A stretch of DNA of 64,000 nucleotides from Patescibacteria group bacterium (lineage in GTDB: Bacteria > Patescibacteriota > Patescibacteriia > Buchananbacterales > UBA6539): the NCBI GenBank assembly GCA_041662625.1, contig JBAZSB010000001.1:51572-115571 (forward strand), read 5' to 3'. The notes beneath the pieces were generated by a model. That model was not told the origin of the DNA. It saw only the letters and a program-made list of their open reading frames with translations, and did not search any database. Position 1 is the first letter of the stretch, and the number at the start of each line of letters is the position of its first letter. Both the position numbers and the translations under genes were made by a program. Below are positions 37,202 to 46,481 of the stretch, piece after piece.

Positions 37202-40171
37202 ATGAAATATTCTAAAATAATTGCCATATTATTTTTTATTTTTGCGCCAACGGCGATTGTCCGAGCTGCAGATACTTATTATGTAGACTCTTCCATTACA
37301 GACACTAACATCACTTCAGCCACGGCGGATTGTACTAATTATGACCCAACCACTTTTGCTTGTGGCAGTGGGACAAATAGTGTTTATGTTACTATCGCGG
37401 ATGTTAATTTGAAGTCTTTTTCCGCCGGCGATAATATTTATTTTCGCAAAGGCCAAACCTGGCGCGAGCAGTTAACCACTAAGGTTGCGGGCACCGCCGG
37501 TAATCAAATTACTTATGGTTCATACGGAACCGGAAATAAACCCAGAATCACTGGGCTTGATATTGTGTCCGGGGCGGCGATCACAGGAACAGCCAACGTT
37601 TATTCAAAAGCGGAAATCGCCACTACGCCTAACGTGGCGGTAATCGACGGCGTCATGGGAACGGAAAAAGATTCATTAGGGGCATTAGCAGCCAATAACG
37701 ACTGGTATTTTGCCGATAGCACTTTATATGTGTATAGTACCACTGATATTGCCGGCAAGGTGGTTGAAGCGGGCGTGCGGGATAAAGTGATTAATAGCAC
37801 CAAGGCTTACATTACAATAGAAAATTTGCAATTAGACGGCGCCAATCATGCCTCGGCCGGGGCGGGCGTGTATCTTAGCGGCGTGGGGGCGACGGGAGTT
37901 GTGGTCAACAATTGTGATATTAAATTCAATTTATACGGCGTGCTTTTTTTTACGACTAATGCTCAGGCTGGTGCCCATACTATTTCAAATTCAACTATTC
38001 ATGATAACAGAAACTCCGGAATACATGTTAATGCTGGTACAGATGGTTCAACCGATTCAACCAGGACTCATATCTATAATAATCAAATATATAACAATGC
38101 CGGTTTTGGCATTTTTGTTTATGCCAGCTATTGGTTGGTGGAAAATAATACGGTTTATAATAATGGTGATCATACCACCGAGGCCGGTTGGTCAGGCATC
38201 CATATCTGGGGCGGGGCCAGCGGCAGCCCGACAGCGGATACGGGCCATGATAATATTGTCAGATACAATACGGTATATAACACCCTTTCGATCGGCGTTG
38301 ATGGCAGCGGTATCGGCGTGGATATGTATGCTGACGATAATGAAATTTATTACAATGTTTGTTATAGCAATGACGGACCAGGAATCAGCTTAGCCTCCGA
38401 TAGCGGCAATGTGATTTATAACAACGTGGCTTACGGCAATAACCTTAATAGCGGTGATAGCCAAACAGCGAAAATGGGAGAAATTAGAGTAACCGGCGGT
38501 ACGGTTTCCGACCAGGAAAATTTTGTTATCAAAAATAACATCGGTTATGCGACGGCCGATTCTGCTTATGCAATTTACGTCGATAATTATTCTTACGATA
38601 ATAATCCAATAATCACCAACAATATCTGGTATGCGCCCAATGTTATGAATTGGTATTTATGGAATACTTCAAATCCGGCCGTTGGCACAGTCTGGAATAA
38701 TTTAACCGGTGTGGGGACGGATTTAAATTCTAATCCGCTTTTTACCAATGCAGCCTCAAATGACTTCACGGTTTTAGCCACCTCACCGGCCATTGACGCC
38801 GGCGTGGATGTTAATTTGACTGTTGATTATTCTGAAGCCAGTTTGTACGGTACGCCCGACATCGGCGCCCACGATTATGTTCCCACTTATACTCAAGGTA
38901 CGAATTTAATTGATATTACTAGTCCGTTTAGAATTTACACTAACGGCAAATTCCGCTACACCCAAGCGACGAGTGGTTCACAAACGGCTGATTTCAAAGT
39001 GACGCCACTTTGGGGTTCTTATGATGCCGCTTCTTCTTCTGAATTTATGAATGTCACGGTAGATTCTTGGGAGACGACCGGCAATAAAAATAAACAATGG
39101 ACAATAAGCTCTTCGGTGGCTACCACCACAATTTTTACGATTGGCGATCTTTTGGCCAGTACTGGTTATACGGTTAAAGTAGACTCCAGTGCCTCCTCAA
39201 CGATAATATTAGGTGACACCTGCACCAGCGCCGTTTGCACTTCTGATGGCAGCGGCAAAATCGTCTTTACTTACACTGGCGGCTGGTCTTCGCATACGTT
39301 TAATTTAGAAAAAGTTGCGGTTGCTACACCAGTGGCAACGCCAAGTTCTACCAGTGTTGGGGGAGGTAGTTCATCTTCTGTTACCCTAACACCAACGGTC
39401 ACAGCTCTTAACTCCAGCGGTTCAAATTTCAGTCTATCGGTTAACAGTCCAACCAATTTTAGTACAATTATTAGCGGCGGCAGCCAGCAACACAGTATTA
39501 CCTTAATCAGTATCGATTCAGTAAACAGAAAGATTATTTTGGTTATTCAATCCGCTCCGGTAAATCTCAGCTTAAATTTTGAGGAAACTAAAGAAGTCGA
39601 CCTGAATAATGATGGCCTAAATGATATTTTTGTCACTTTTGCTGGTTTAAATGGCAATATTGTTGACATAAAGATTAAACCGATTAGCGCGACGGTTGAT
39701 TTGGCAAATGATTTGGTTAAAATTGCCTGCCCCGCTGAGGCCATGGCTGATAATCCCTGCAAAGCGGTTTATTATATCGGTTCTGATGGCAAGCGCTATG
39801 TTTTTACCGATGCTAATGTTTTTAAAACTTGGTATCAAGATTTTTCACTAGTTAAAACGATAATGGCTACGGAACTGGCTGCTTACCCCGTTGGTGGCAT
39901 TGTTACTTATCGGCCCGGAGTTCGGATGGTTAAAATCCAAACCGATCCCAAGACTTACGCTGTAGCTAAAGGTGGCACTTTAAGGTGGATTAAAAATGAA
40001 GACCTGGCAGTCAATCTTTACGGAACGCAATGGTACAAGATGATCGATGATATTTCAGCGGCTTTTTTTACCAATTATAAAATCGGCTTGGATGTTAGTT
40101 CAATCGAAGATTTTAATAGGGACGCTGCAGCTAGTGAATCTTTGAACATCAGCATTGACAAAAATCTTTGA
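37202..40171 (+). CDS. secreted parallel beta-helix repeat protein (989 aa)
   Basis: Signal peptide (...AIVRA/AD); many N-rich PbH1-type repeats (NNTVYNN, NNQIYNNAGFGI, NNVAYGNN); C-terminal beta-rich domains. Confidence 0.7.
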   Translation: MKYSKIIAILFFIFAPTAIVRAADTYYVDSSITDTNITSATADCTNYDPTTFACGSGTNSVYVTIADVNLKSFSAGDNIYFRKGQTWREQLTTKVAGTAGNQITYGSYGTGNKPRITGLDIVSGAAITGTANVYSKAEIATTPNVAVIDGVMGTEKDSLGALAANNDWYFADSTLYVYSTTDIAGKVVEAGVRDKVINSTKAYITIENLQLDGANHASAGAGVYLSGVGATGVVVNNCDIKFNLYGVLFFTTNAQAGAHTISNSTIHDNRNSGIHVNAGTDGSTDSTRTHIYNNQIYNNAGFGIFVYASYWLVENNTVYNNGDHTTEAGWSGIHIWGGASGSPTADTGHDNIVRYNTVYNTLSIGVDGSGIGVDMYADDNEIYYNVCYSNDGPGISLASDSGNVIYNNVAYGNNLNSGDSQTAKMGEIRVTGGTVSDQENFVIKNNIGYATADSAYAIYVDNYSYDNNPIITNNIWYAPNVMNWYLWNTSNPAVGTVWNNLTGVGTDLNSNPLFTNAASNDFTVLATSPAIDAGVDVNLTVDYSEASLYGTPDIGAHDYVPTYTQGTNLIDITSPFRIYTNGKFRYTQATSGSQTADFKVTPLWGSYDAASSSEFMNVTVDSWETTGNKNKQWTISSSVATTTIFTIGDLLASTGYTVKVDSSASSTIILGDTCTSAVCTSDGSGKIVFTYTGGWSSHTFNLEKVAVATPVATPSSTSVGGGSSSSVTLTPTVTALNSSGSNFSLSVNSPTNFSTIISGGSQQHSITLISIDSVNRKIILVIQSAPVNLSLNFEETKEVDLNNDGLNDIFVTFAGLNGNIVDIKIKPISATVDLANDLVKIACPAEAMADNPCKAVYYIGSDGKRYVFTDANVFKTWYQDFSLVKTIMATELAAYPVGGIVTYRPGVRMVKIQTDPKTYAVAKGGTLRWIKNEDLAVNLYGTQWYKMIDDISAAFFTNYKIGLDVSSIEDFNRDAAASESLNISIDKNL

Positions 40172-40218
40172 GTATAAAATATATTTTAATTGTATCTGAA
40201 TCCGGCCAAATTGCCGAT

Positions 40219-40256
40219 CCTAGACCTTTAACTTTGTTTAAAGGGTTTTTATTTGG
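40219..40256 (+). terminator. terminator after the beta-helix gene (copy 2 of the 36979 motif)
   Basis: cctttaa / ttaaagg is a 7-bp stem with a ctttg loop, followed by gtttttattt. Confidence 0.5.
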
Positions 40257-40257
40257 C

Positions 40258-40286
40258 TTGACATTTTTTCCGCAATCGTTTATAGT
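40258..40286 (+). promoter_or_regulatory. rpsB promoter
   Basis: TTGACA (40258-40263), 17-nt spacer, TATAGT (40281-40286). A 130-nt structured leader precedes rpsB. Confidence 0.5.
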
Positions 40287-40418
40287 GTATAAGTTAAATA
40301 GCAGTTAATTAATCACACATACCGCACAAATTTTAGTTAATCCTCCCCAATTTAACAATGGGGCTAACTAAAAGCGGTAGAGGTTCTCGCTTCGGCGGGA
40401 TTAAAAAGGAAACAACTT

Positions 40419-41150
40419 ATGTCAAACGTCCCGGATTTATTGACGATGCTTAAAGCTGGCGTGCATTTTGGTCATCAGCAAGGCAAACGTCATCCTAAAA
40501 TGGAACCCTACATTTTTACGGCTAAAAGCGGGTTTCATATTATTGATCTAGAAAAAACCCAAGAGCTACTCCAGGAAGCTTTGGAGTTTATTAAGAAAAT
40601 AGTGAGCAATGGCGGCACTATTTTATTTTTGGGTACAAAAAAACAAGCCCAGGCAATTATTATTAAATATGCCAAAGAATGCAACATGCCCTATATTACC
40701 GAGCGTTGGCTGGGCGGAACTTTTACTAATTTTTCCGAGGTGTCACGGTTAGTCCGGAAATATACTGAGTTAAAGAAGAAAAAATCAAGCGGTGAACTAG
40801 ACAAATATACCAAAAAAGAAAAATTGGATTTCGAACGGGAGATTGAAAAGTTAGAAAAAATGGTTGGTGGTGTTGAAGGCATGTCTAAGGTTCCCGATGC
40901 TCTGTTTGTCGTTGATGTCAGAAGGGAAAAAACAGCGGTGAAAGAAGCAGTTAAAAGAAATATTCCGATTGTCGCGATGTGTGACACTAATGTTAATCCT
41001 CAAAATATCACTTATCCGATTCCGGCTAACGATGATGCGGTTAAATCAATTGAATTAATTACGGGTTTAGTGGCCCAAACCGTTAAGGAAGGTATAGCTG
41101 GCAAAGAAAAACCAGCAGTTGTCAGTAAAGCAGTGGCGGGGAAAAAATAA
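40419..41150 (+). CDS. rpsB: 30S ribosomal protein S2
   Basis: MLKAGVHFGHQ... signature. Confidence 0.9.
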   Translation: MSNVPDLLTMLKAGVHFGHQQGKRHPKMEPYIFTAKSGFHIIDLEKTQELLQEALEFIKKIVSNGGTILFLGTKKQAQAIIIKYAKECNMPYITERWLGGTFTNFSEVSRLVRKYTELKKKKSSGELDKYTKKEKLDFEREIEKLEKMVGGVEGMSKVPDALFVVDVRREKTAVKEAVKRNIPIVAMCDTNVNPQNITYPIPANDDAVKSIELITGLVAQTVKEGIAGKEKPAVVSKAVAGKK

Positions 41151-41169
41151 TAATTAACAAAAATAAAAT

Positions 41170-41955
41170 ATGGCTCTTGATACTAAATTAATCACTCAAT
41201 TGCGTGAATTAACCGGCGCTGGCATTGCTGATTGTAAAGAGGCTTTGACTGAAGCTGACAACAGCCTGGATAAAGCCGTAGAAGTTTTAAGAAAAAAAGG
41301 TGCAATTAAAGCGGCTAAAAAATCTGATCGGGCAACCAAAGAAGGGGTGATTGCGATTTTGAAAGCGGGTAACAAAGCAGCGGTTGTTGGTTTGGCTTGT
41401 GAAACTGATTTTGTCGCTTTGAACCAAGATTTTATTAAAGCGGTGGATGAATTTGCCCAGGAACTACTGAAACGGGGAAGTGATGAATTTAAAGCTTGGG
41501 CAAAAGATAAAATTACTAATGAATTAGTCGTTAAAATTGGTGAAAATATTCAGCTGGGTGATTTTGAAGTTTTGACTGGAGAAATTCTTGGCATTTATCT
41601 TCATTCCAATAAAAAAGTAGCTGCGGTTGTTACCATGAATAGCGGCAGTGAAAAATTAGCAACGGATCTAGCGATGCAAGTGACAGCCATGTCACCAAAA
41701 TATATTAAACCTGAAGATATTCCAGCAAGCGAAATTGCCAAAGAAAAAGAAATTTACCGTGAGCAGCTTAAGGCCGAAGGTAAACCAGAAGCAATGTGGG
41801 AAAAAATTATTCCCGGTAAATTGAATAAATATTATCAAGATGTTTGTTTGCTCAAGCAGACCTATATTAAGGATGATAAAATTACCGTTGAAAAATTGAT
41901 TGAGCAAGAAGGAAAAGGAATTGAGGTCGTTAAATTTTCGCGTTACCAAATTTAA
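41170..41955 (+). CDS. tsf: elongation factor Ts
   Basis: N-terminal UBA-like LRELTGAGIADCKEAL; follows rpsB. Confidence 0.9.
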   Translation: MALDTKLITQLRELTGAGIADCKEALTEADNSLDKAVEVLRKKGAIKAAKKSDRATKEGVIAILKAGNKAAVVGLACETDFVALNQDFIKAVDEFAQELLKRGSDEFKAWAKDKITNELVVKIGENIQLGDFEVLTGEILGIYLHSNKKVAAVVTMNSGSEKLATDLAMQVTAMSPKYIKPEDIPASEIAKEKEIYREQLKAEGKPEAMWEKIIPGKLNKYYQDVCLLKQTYIKDDKITVEKLIEQEGKGIEVVKFSRYQI

Positions 41956-41984
41956 ATCACAATCAAGTTTATCTCAATTAACTT

Positions 41985-42806
41985 ATGATACCAGTAGCTC
42001 AAGTTAAAGTTGCTTTTTGGGACCGAGTTTATGAATGTCCAGTCGGTGATTTTAAGTTAGAAATTGGTGACCAAGTAATCGTCAAAACTGACTGGGGAAC
42101 AGAAATTGGTAAAGTTGTCGCTTTGGTTAATCTTCAAGAAGACAAAGCCGCCAGCCAGAATGAATGGTCAAGTTCAATCATTCGCAAAGTGACGACCGAG
42201 GATTTGGGAACCTGGTCAAGTTTACAAAAACAAAAGCATGAGGCTTTAGAGTATTGTAAAAAATTAGTGGATCGGCACGGTCTGGCGATGAAAGTGATTG
42301 ATGCTCATTTTTCTTTTGATGGCGGCCGGTTGATTTTTCCTTTTATCGCTGACGGTCGGATTGATTTCCGGGTCCTGGTTAAAGATTTGACCCATCATTT
42401 TCAAAAATCAATTCGCCTCCAGCAGATTGGTATTCGGGACGAAGCAAAAATTTCTGGTGATTTTGGTTCCTGCGGCCGGAAACTTTGTTGCAAGACTCAT
42501 CTTAAAGCCTTGGAAAGCATTACTTCTGATTTAGCGGATGTGCAGCAGATTTCCCATCGGGGTTCCGAAAGACTCTCGGGTCTTTGTGGTCGCCTGCGCT
42601 GCTGTTTGGCTTTTGAAGGTGAAAACTATCAGGAGTTGGCTAAAACTCTGCCGGCACTTGGCTCACGGATTAAGACTCGTCAAGGTTTTGGTAAAGTAAT
42701 TGGTTGGCATACTTTAAAGCAAACTGTTGATGTTGCTTTGGAAGGTGATGAAAAAAATATCATTGAAATATCAATTCCCGATAAAGGGCAACCCCCGGCC
42801 AGATAG
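41985..42806 (+). CDS. yaaT: PSP1 C-terminal domain protein (YaaT/RicT family)
   Basis: Collinear with B. subtilis YaaT (ADGRIDFRVLVKDL...QQIGIRDEAK...CGRKLCC...LSGLCGRLRCCL). Confidence 0.8.
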   Translation: MIPVAQVKVAFWDRVYECPVGDFKLEIGDQVIVKTDWGTEIGKVVALVNLQEDKAASQNEWSSSIIRKVTTEDLGTWSSLQKQKHEALEYCKKLVDRHGLAMKVIDAHFSFDGGRLIFPFIADGRIDFRVLVKDLTHHFQKSIRLQQIGIRDEAKISGDFGSCGRKLCCKTHLKALESITSDLADVQQISHRGSERLSGLCGRLRCCLAFEGENYQELAKTLPALGSRIKTRQGFGKVIGWHTLKQTVDVALEGDEKNIIEISIPDKGQPPAR

Positions 42807-42831
42807 GGGATGAATTTTAATCATTAGCAAT

Positions 42832-43269
42832 ATGAAAAAACTTTTTATTTCGATTGTAATTTTATTTTTAGCCTTCGGCTTGGTTGGCTGTTTTAAGGGC
42901 AACAAAACTGAGTTCAGTCAGGAGCCCCAGGTGGAAGGCGCCCCCGAGACTGGAGTAGTCTTAGACATCACCGAAAAAAATGGTCAGAGCAGCACGGCCA
43001 AACCAGGTGATATTTTATATCTAAAATTGACCGGTGAGGCCGCCAGCGGCAAGCAATGGGCGGTAGTCAGCCCGACTTCCAGTGATTATATAATGTTGAA
43101 AGGCCATAAATTAATTGGCCTAACTGATTCCAAAGCACCGGATGGTCAATTTACTGATGAGTGGTGGTTGAAAGTGGAAAAGACCGGTAATTTTGAATTG
43201 CAGTTTGATTACGGCGTTTTGGGCAAAAAAGCCGAAAAGTCTTTCCAATTTAGTGTTGTCAGTCAGTAA
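42832..43269 (+). CDS. hypothetical lipoprotein
   Basis: Signal peptide with lipobox LVGC. Confidence 0.5.
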   Translation: MKKLFISIVILFLAFGLVGCFKGNKTEFSQEPQVEGAPETGVVLDITEKNGQSSTAKPGDILYLKLTGEAASGKQWAVVSPTSSDYIMLKGHKLIGLTDSKAPDGQFTDEWWLKVEKTGNFELQFDYGVLGKKAEKSFQFSVVSQ

Positions 43270-43273
43270 ATTT

Positions 43274-44137
43274 ATGATGACAAAAAAAATAACCATTCTT
43301 TTTCTTTTGACGTTTTTTGTTTTTCTTAGCTTGGTTGCTTGTACTCGAGTACCGGCTAATTTGCAAAATTCAAGTGGGCAAAATTCAAATTTAAAAGTTT
43401 CCGATCAGCCAGCGCCCGGTCAAGTCGCCGTTTTAGATAGTAATATAATTATTACTAAACCTTTAAGTAATGATATTATCTCCAGTCCGGTTGAGATTAC
43501 TGGTCAGGCGCGAGTTTTTGAAGGCATAGTCTTATATCATCTGAAGGATGCTTGGGGTAATATTTTGAATCAAGGGACAACGACGGCTACTGTCAGCGCG
43601 CCGGACTGGGGTGATTATAAGGCCAAGCTCGAATTTGCCACGCCCACCAGCCACAACGGTTGGCTGGAAGTTTATGCTAAAAGTACCCAGGACGGCAGCA
43701 ATAATGATTTAATCCGTCTGCCCGTTATTTTTAAAGAATACAAAAAGCCAGGGGTTAAAGTTTATTTTAGTAATATTAAAGAAGATCCTGATGTTTCGGA
43801 CTGTGGTAAAGTTTACCCGGCCGAAAGAGTCGTTGAACCCACACTCCAATTACCCGAGACCGCTTTGGCCGAACTTTTGAAAGGGGCAAATGAAGAAGAA
43901 ACAAAGCAGGGATTTATCAGCAATATTCCGGAAATCGGCATTACGGTCCAAAAATTTGATTTAAAAGATAATAAGCTGACAGTTGATTTTAATCAGGCTT
44001 TGCAGGCTAATGTAGCCGGTGCTTGCCGGGTAACCGCTATCCGGGCCCAGATCACCCAAACCCTTAAACAATTTCCGGGCATTAAAGAAGTGGTAATTTC
44101 TATTGATGGCAAAACTGAAGATATTTTGCAGCCTTAA
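43274..44137 (+). CDS. hypothetical lipoprotein with GerMN-like C-terminal domain
   Basis: MMTKKITILFLLTFFVFLSLVACT lipobox. Start at ATG 43274 rather than the 43193 of the overlapping track ORF. Confidence 0.45.
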   Translation: MMTKKITILFLLTFFVFLSLVACTRVPANLQNSSGQNSNLKVSDQPAPGQVAVLDSNIIITKPLSNDIISSPVEITGQARVFEGIVLYHLKDAWGNILNQGTTTATVSAPDWGDYKAKLEFATPTSHNGWLEVYAKSTQDGSNNDLIRLPVIFKEYKKPGVKVYFSNIKEDPDVSDCGKVYPAERVVEPTLQLPETALAELLKGANEEETKQGFISNIPEIGITVQKFDLKDNKLTVDFNQALQANVAGACRVTAIRAQITQTLKQFPGIKEVVISIDGKTEDILQP

Positions 44138-44244
44138 ACCAGAAAATAAAAAAACGAGAAAGCAGTCTAAGTCTAGATTGTTTTTTTGTTTTCTTGATTG
44201 TGGTATAATTTTAATGAGATAATTATTAACTTAAATTGAGACAT

Positions 44245-45273
44245 ATGCCAATAAAAATCGCTATTAACGGTTTTGGCCGGATTGGCCGGGCCGCTTTCAA
44301 AGCTGCTTTGGAAAACAAAAATATCGAAGTTGTCGCCCTAAATGATTTAATGGACAATAAAACTTTAGCCCAACTTTTAAAGTATGACACAGTCTACGGT
44401 GAATATCCGAAATCAATTCAGGGTTCTAAAGAGGGGATAAAAATTGAAGGTAAGCTTTATCCAGTTTTTGCCGAAAAAGATCCGGCCAAATTACCTTGGC
44501 AGAAATTGAAAGTGGATGTCGTTTTGGAATGTACCGGTATTTTTCGTGATAAAAAATCCGCTGGTGCCCATTTACAAGCCGGAGCAAAAAAAGTGATAAT
44601 TTCTGCCCCGGGCCAAGATGAAGGGATACAAACTTTGGTTTATGGGAGCAAATTGACTAACGAAGTTTTAAAAAAGGGCAAGGTTGATTCGGTAATTTCC
44701 ATGGCTTCCTGCACCACCAATTGTATTTCGCCAGTGATGCAGGTTTTGGAAAGTAAATTTGGAGTCGAAAAAGCCATGATGACAACTGTTCATTCTTATA
44801 CGGCTGACCAAAATCTGGTGGACGGGCCACATAAGGATTTGCGTCGGGCGCGGGCGGCCGCTCATAATATTGTTCCCACCACTACCGGCGCCGCGATTTC
44901 AACCACCAAAGTCGTACCCAGCCTGAAGAAACTGTTTGATGGGATTTCAATTCGGGTTCCCACAATCTGTGTTTCGATTTCTGATGTCACGGCGGTTTTG
45001 AAACGAAAAAAGGTGACAGTTGAACAAATTAATAATGAATTTAAAAAAGCCACTAAAGATCCGTTATTTAAAAAAGTCTTGACCACCACCAATAAGCCGC
45101 TAGTTTCTACTGACTTCACCGGTAATCCTTACTCGACAATTGTTGATTTATCATACACTAATGTTGTCGGCGGCAATTTGGTCAAAGTTTTGGCCTGGTA
45201 TGATAATGAATGGGCTTATAGTTTACGTTTGGTGGAAATGGCCGAAGAAATCGGCAAACTAGCCAGCAAATAA
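44245..45273 (+). CDS. gap: glyceraldehyde-3-phosphate dehydrogenase
   Basis: INGFGRIGR NAD-binding motif; catalytic SCTTNC. Confidence 0.9.
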   Translation: MPIKIAINGFGRIGRAAFKAALENKNIEVVALNDLMDNKTLAQLLKYDTVYGEYPKSIQGSKEGIKIEGKLYPVFAEKDPAKLPWQKLKVDVVLECTGIFRDKKSAGAHLQAGAKKVIISAPGQDEGIQTLVYGSKLTNEVLKKGKVDSVISMASCTTNCISPVMQVLESKFGVEKAMMTTVHSYTADQNLVDGPHKDLRRARAAAHNIVPTTTGAAISTTKVVPSLKKLFDGISIRVPTICVSISDVTAVLKRKKVTVEQINNEFKKATKDPLFKKVLTTTNKPLVSTDFTGNPYSTIVDLSYTNVVGGNLVKVLAWYDNEWAYSLRLVEMAEEIGKLASK

Positions 45274-45314
45274 ATCCTAAAAACCTAATAACTTAAGAAC
45301 CTAATAACCTAAAT

Positions 45315-45443
45315 ATGGAAAAATGCAAAGAATGCGGCATGCCACTAGACGAAAAAACTTGCTGTGCTTGCAATTCCGAACTGTGCTATCACTGTTGCGC
45401 CTGCGGACCAGAATGCACCTGCGGCTGCCAAGAAAAAGAATAA
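45315..45443 (+). CDS. candidate 42-aa cysteine-rich small protein (12 Cys)
   Basis: MEKCKECGMPLDEKTCCACNSELCYHCCACGPECTCGCQEKE. Not in the ORF track because it is under 60 aa. Fills the gap between the gap stop and a strong terminator at 45462-45488. Confidence 0.4.
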   Translation: MEKCKECGMPLDEKTCCACNSELCYHCCACGPECTCGCQEKE

Positions 45444-45461
45444 TACCTTACTATTTCAAAG

Positions 45462-45488
45462 GCCCCGGTGATACCGGGGTTTTTGCTT
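45462..45488 (+). terminator. rho-independent terminator
   Basis: ccccggt-gata-accgggg perfect stem followed by tttttgcttt. Confidence 0.6.
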
Positions 45489-45520
45489 TAGAGAAAAGTT
45501 TCAAGTATTAAATTATTAGT

Positions 45521-45645
45521 TAATGTCAAAATCCTAATGTCAAATATCAAATCAAATCCAAAGCTCAAATACCAAATATTGAGCTTCGTTTTTGTCATTT
45601 GTCATTGATTTGGCATTTGGATTTTGGAATTTGTAATTTTTGAAG
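45521..45645 (-). repeat. about 100-nt 'gacatt/tcaaat' palindromic element, copy 1 (inverted relative to copies 2 and 3)
   Basis: aatgtcaaaatcctaatgtcaaat is the exact reverse complement of atttgacattaggattttgacatt at 49606-49629. Internal inverted repeats (ccaaagctcaaata/tattgagctt; caaatccaaa/tttggatttgg). Confidence 0.45.
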
Positions 45646-45738
45646 TGGGGGTTTTTGATTTGCCAGGAAGAAATATTTTCGTTAAGATATACAATAATTG
45701 AAGTTTCCATTTCAGGACCAAAGGAGGAAGGAGGAATA

Positions 45739-46008
45739 ATGAGGACAAAAGGAGTTCACCAGGCCAGGGCAGCGGCGGCCAAGGTAAAGCAATTGTCTTT
45801 TGTTGCGCCGCGAGGCTCTTTGGGCTGGCTTTCGGCCCTCTTACCGGAGGAATCTAAGCCAAGACGGTATGACTTGGTGAATGAGTTCGACGGTTTTGGC
45901 GTTGTAGCAATTGTTCCGGCGGAGGGAATTGCGGATTTGATTTCCGCCCTTAAACATGAGGGCGCAGAGCAGATCACTGTAGTAAGTATTGAAATGTACG
46001 TACCTTAA
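45739..46008 (+). CDS. stand-alone HisG C-terminal regulatory-domain-like protein (89 aa)
   Basis: Strong SD aaaggaggaaggagg. ...ALLPEESKP...GFGVVAIVPAEGIADLISALKHEGAEQITVVSIEMYVP is collinear with the C-terminal domain of the HisG-like ORF at 47531 and with E. coli HisG C-term (..[22 protein letters not shown]). Confidence 0.5.
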   Translation: MRTKGVHQARAAAAKVKQLSFVAPRGSLGWLSALLPEESKPRRYDLVNEFDGFGVVAIVPAEGIADLISALKHEGAEQITVVSIEMYVP

Positions 46009-46033
46009 TCATCCAGCATCATCGCGTTTGCGT

Positions 46034-46067
46034 CCGGCGGAGCCATGTGGTTTCCGCCGTTTTTTTT
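46034..46067 (+). terminator. terminator (homologous to the one at 48486-48517)
   Basis: ccggcggagccatgtggtttccgccgtttttttt. Confidence 0.5.
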
Positions 46068-46128
46068 AAATCTTGACGTCATTTTCTGTCTGTGTTAATG
46101 TACTAATATACTAATACGTTAAAACATT

Positions 46129-46419
46129 ATGAAAGCAGGTCACAATTGGCAAAATCAGTCAAGTAAAGCGCTGTTTAAAGCCATTTTAAAGCTCAAAACA
46201 CCGGCTGAGGCCTCTAAGTTCTTCCGTGATTTATGTACCCTTGAAGAGCTGGAGGAGATGGAAAAGCGCTGGCAGGCAGTCCAGATGATTGCCAAAAACA
46301 AGCCTTACCGTGAGATCGCCAAAAAGACCGGCTTAAGTACTTCAACCGTTACCCGCGTTGCCCATTGGCTGAATTATGGGGAAGGCGGATATAGGCTAGT
46401 TTTGAAAAGAATTAAATAG
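46129..46419 (+). CDS. TrpR-like DNA-binding protein, YerC/YecD family
   Basis: 96 aa; ...ELEEMEKRWQ...REIAKKTGLSTSTVTRV HTH typical of the YerC/YecD family. Confidence 0.65.
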   Translation: MKAGHNWQNQSSKALFKAILKLKTPAEASKFFRDLCTLEELEEMEKRWQAVQMIAKNKPYREIAKKTGLSTSTVTRVAHWLNYGEGGYRLVLKRIK

Positions 46420-46481
46420 CGAGTTCAGTAAATTCAGTAAGTTAAGTCACTGGCCTAAGGGCTTAATTTACTGAACTCGCT
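46418..46481 (+). repeat. 17-bp perfect-stem hairpin (gcgagttcag family) after the yerC-like gene
   Basis: agcgagttcagtaaatt ... aatttactgaactcgct with a 30-nt loop. Related to the motif at 59419-59442 (cagcgagttcag-ctgaactcgctg) and the downstream aactcgctgNacttgctNaat blocks. Confidence 0.45.

Noticed and set aside
43193-43273. Upstream extension of the lipoprotein ORF (track start 43193), overlapping the previous gene
   Set aside because: Its N-terminus overlaps the 42832-43269 gene in another frame. ATG 43274, right after the upstream stop, gives a canonical signal peptide and lipobox.
45323-45511. Track ORF 45323-45511 (MQRMRHATRRKNLLCLQ...)
   Set aside because: This is a different frame of the same stretch that encodes the 12-Cys mini-ORF. 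It runs through the terminator hairpin and has an Arg/Leu-rich composition typical of an out-of-frame read, so the Cys-rich frame at 45315-45443 is preferred.
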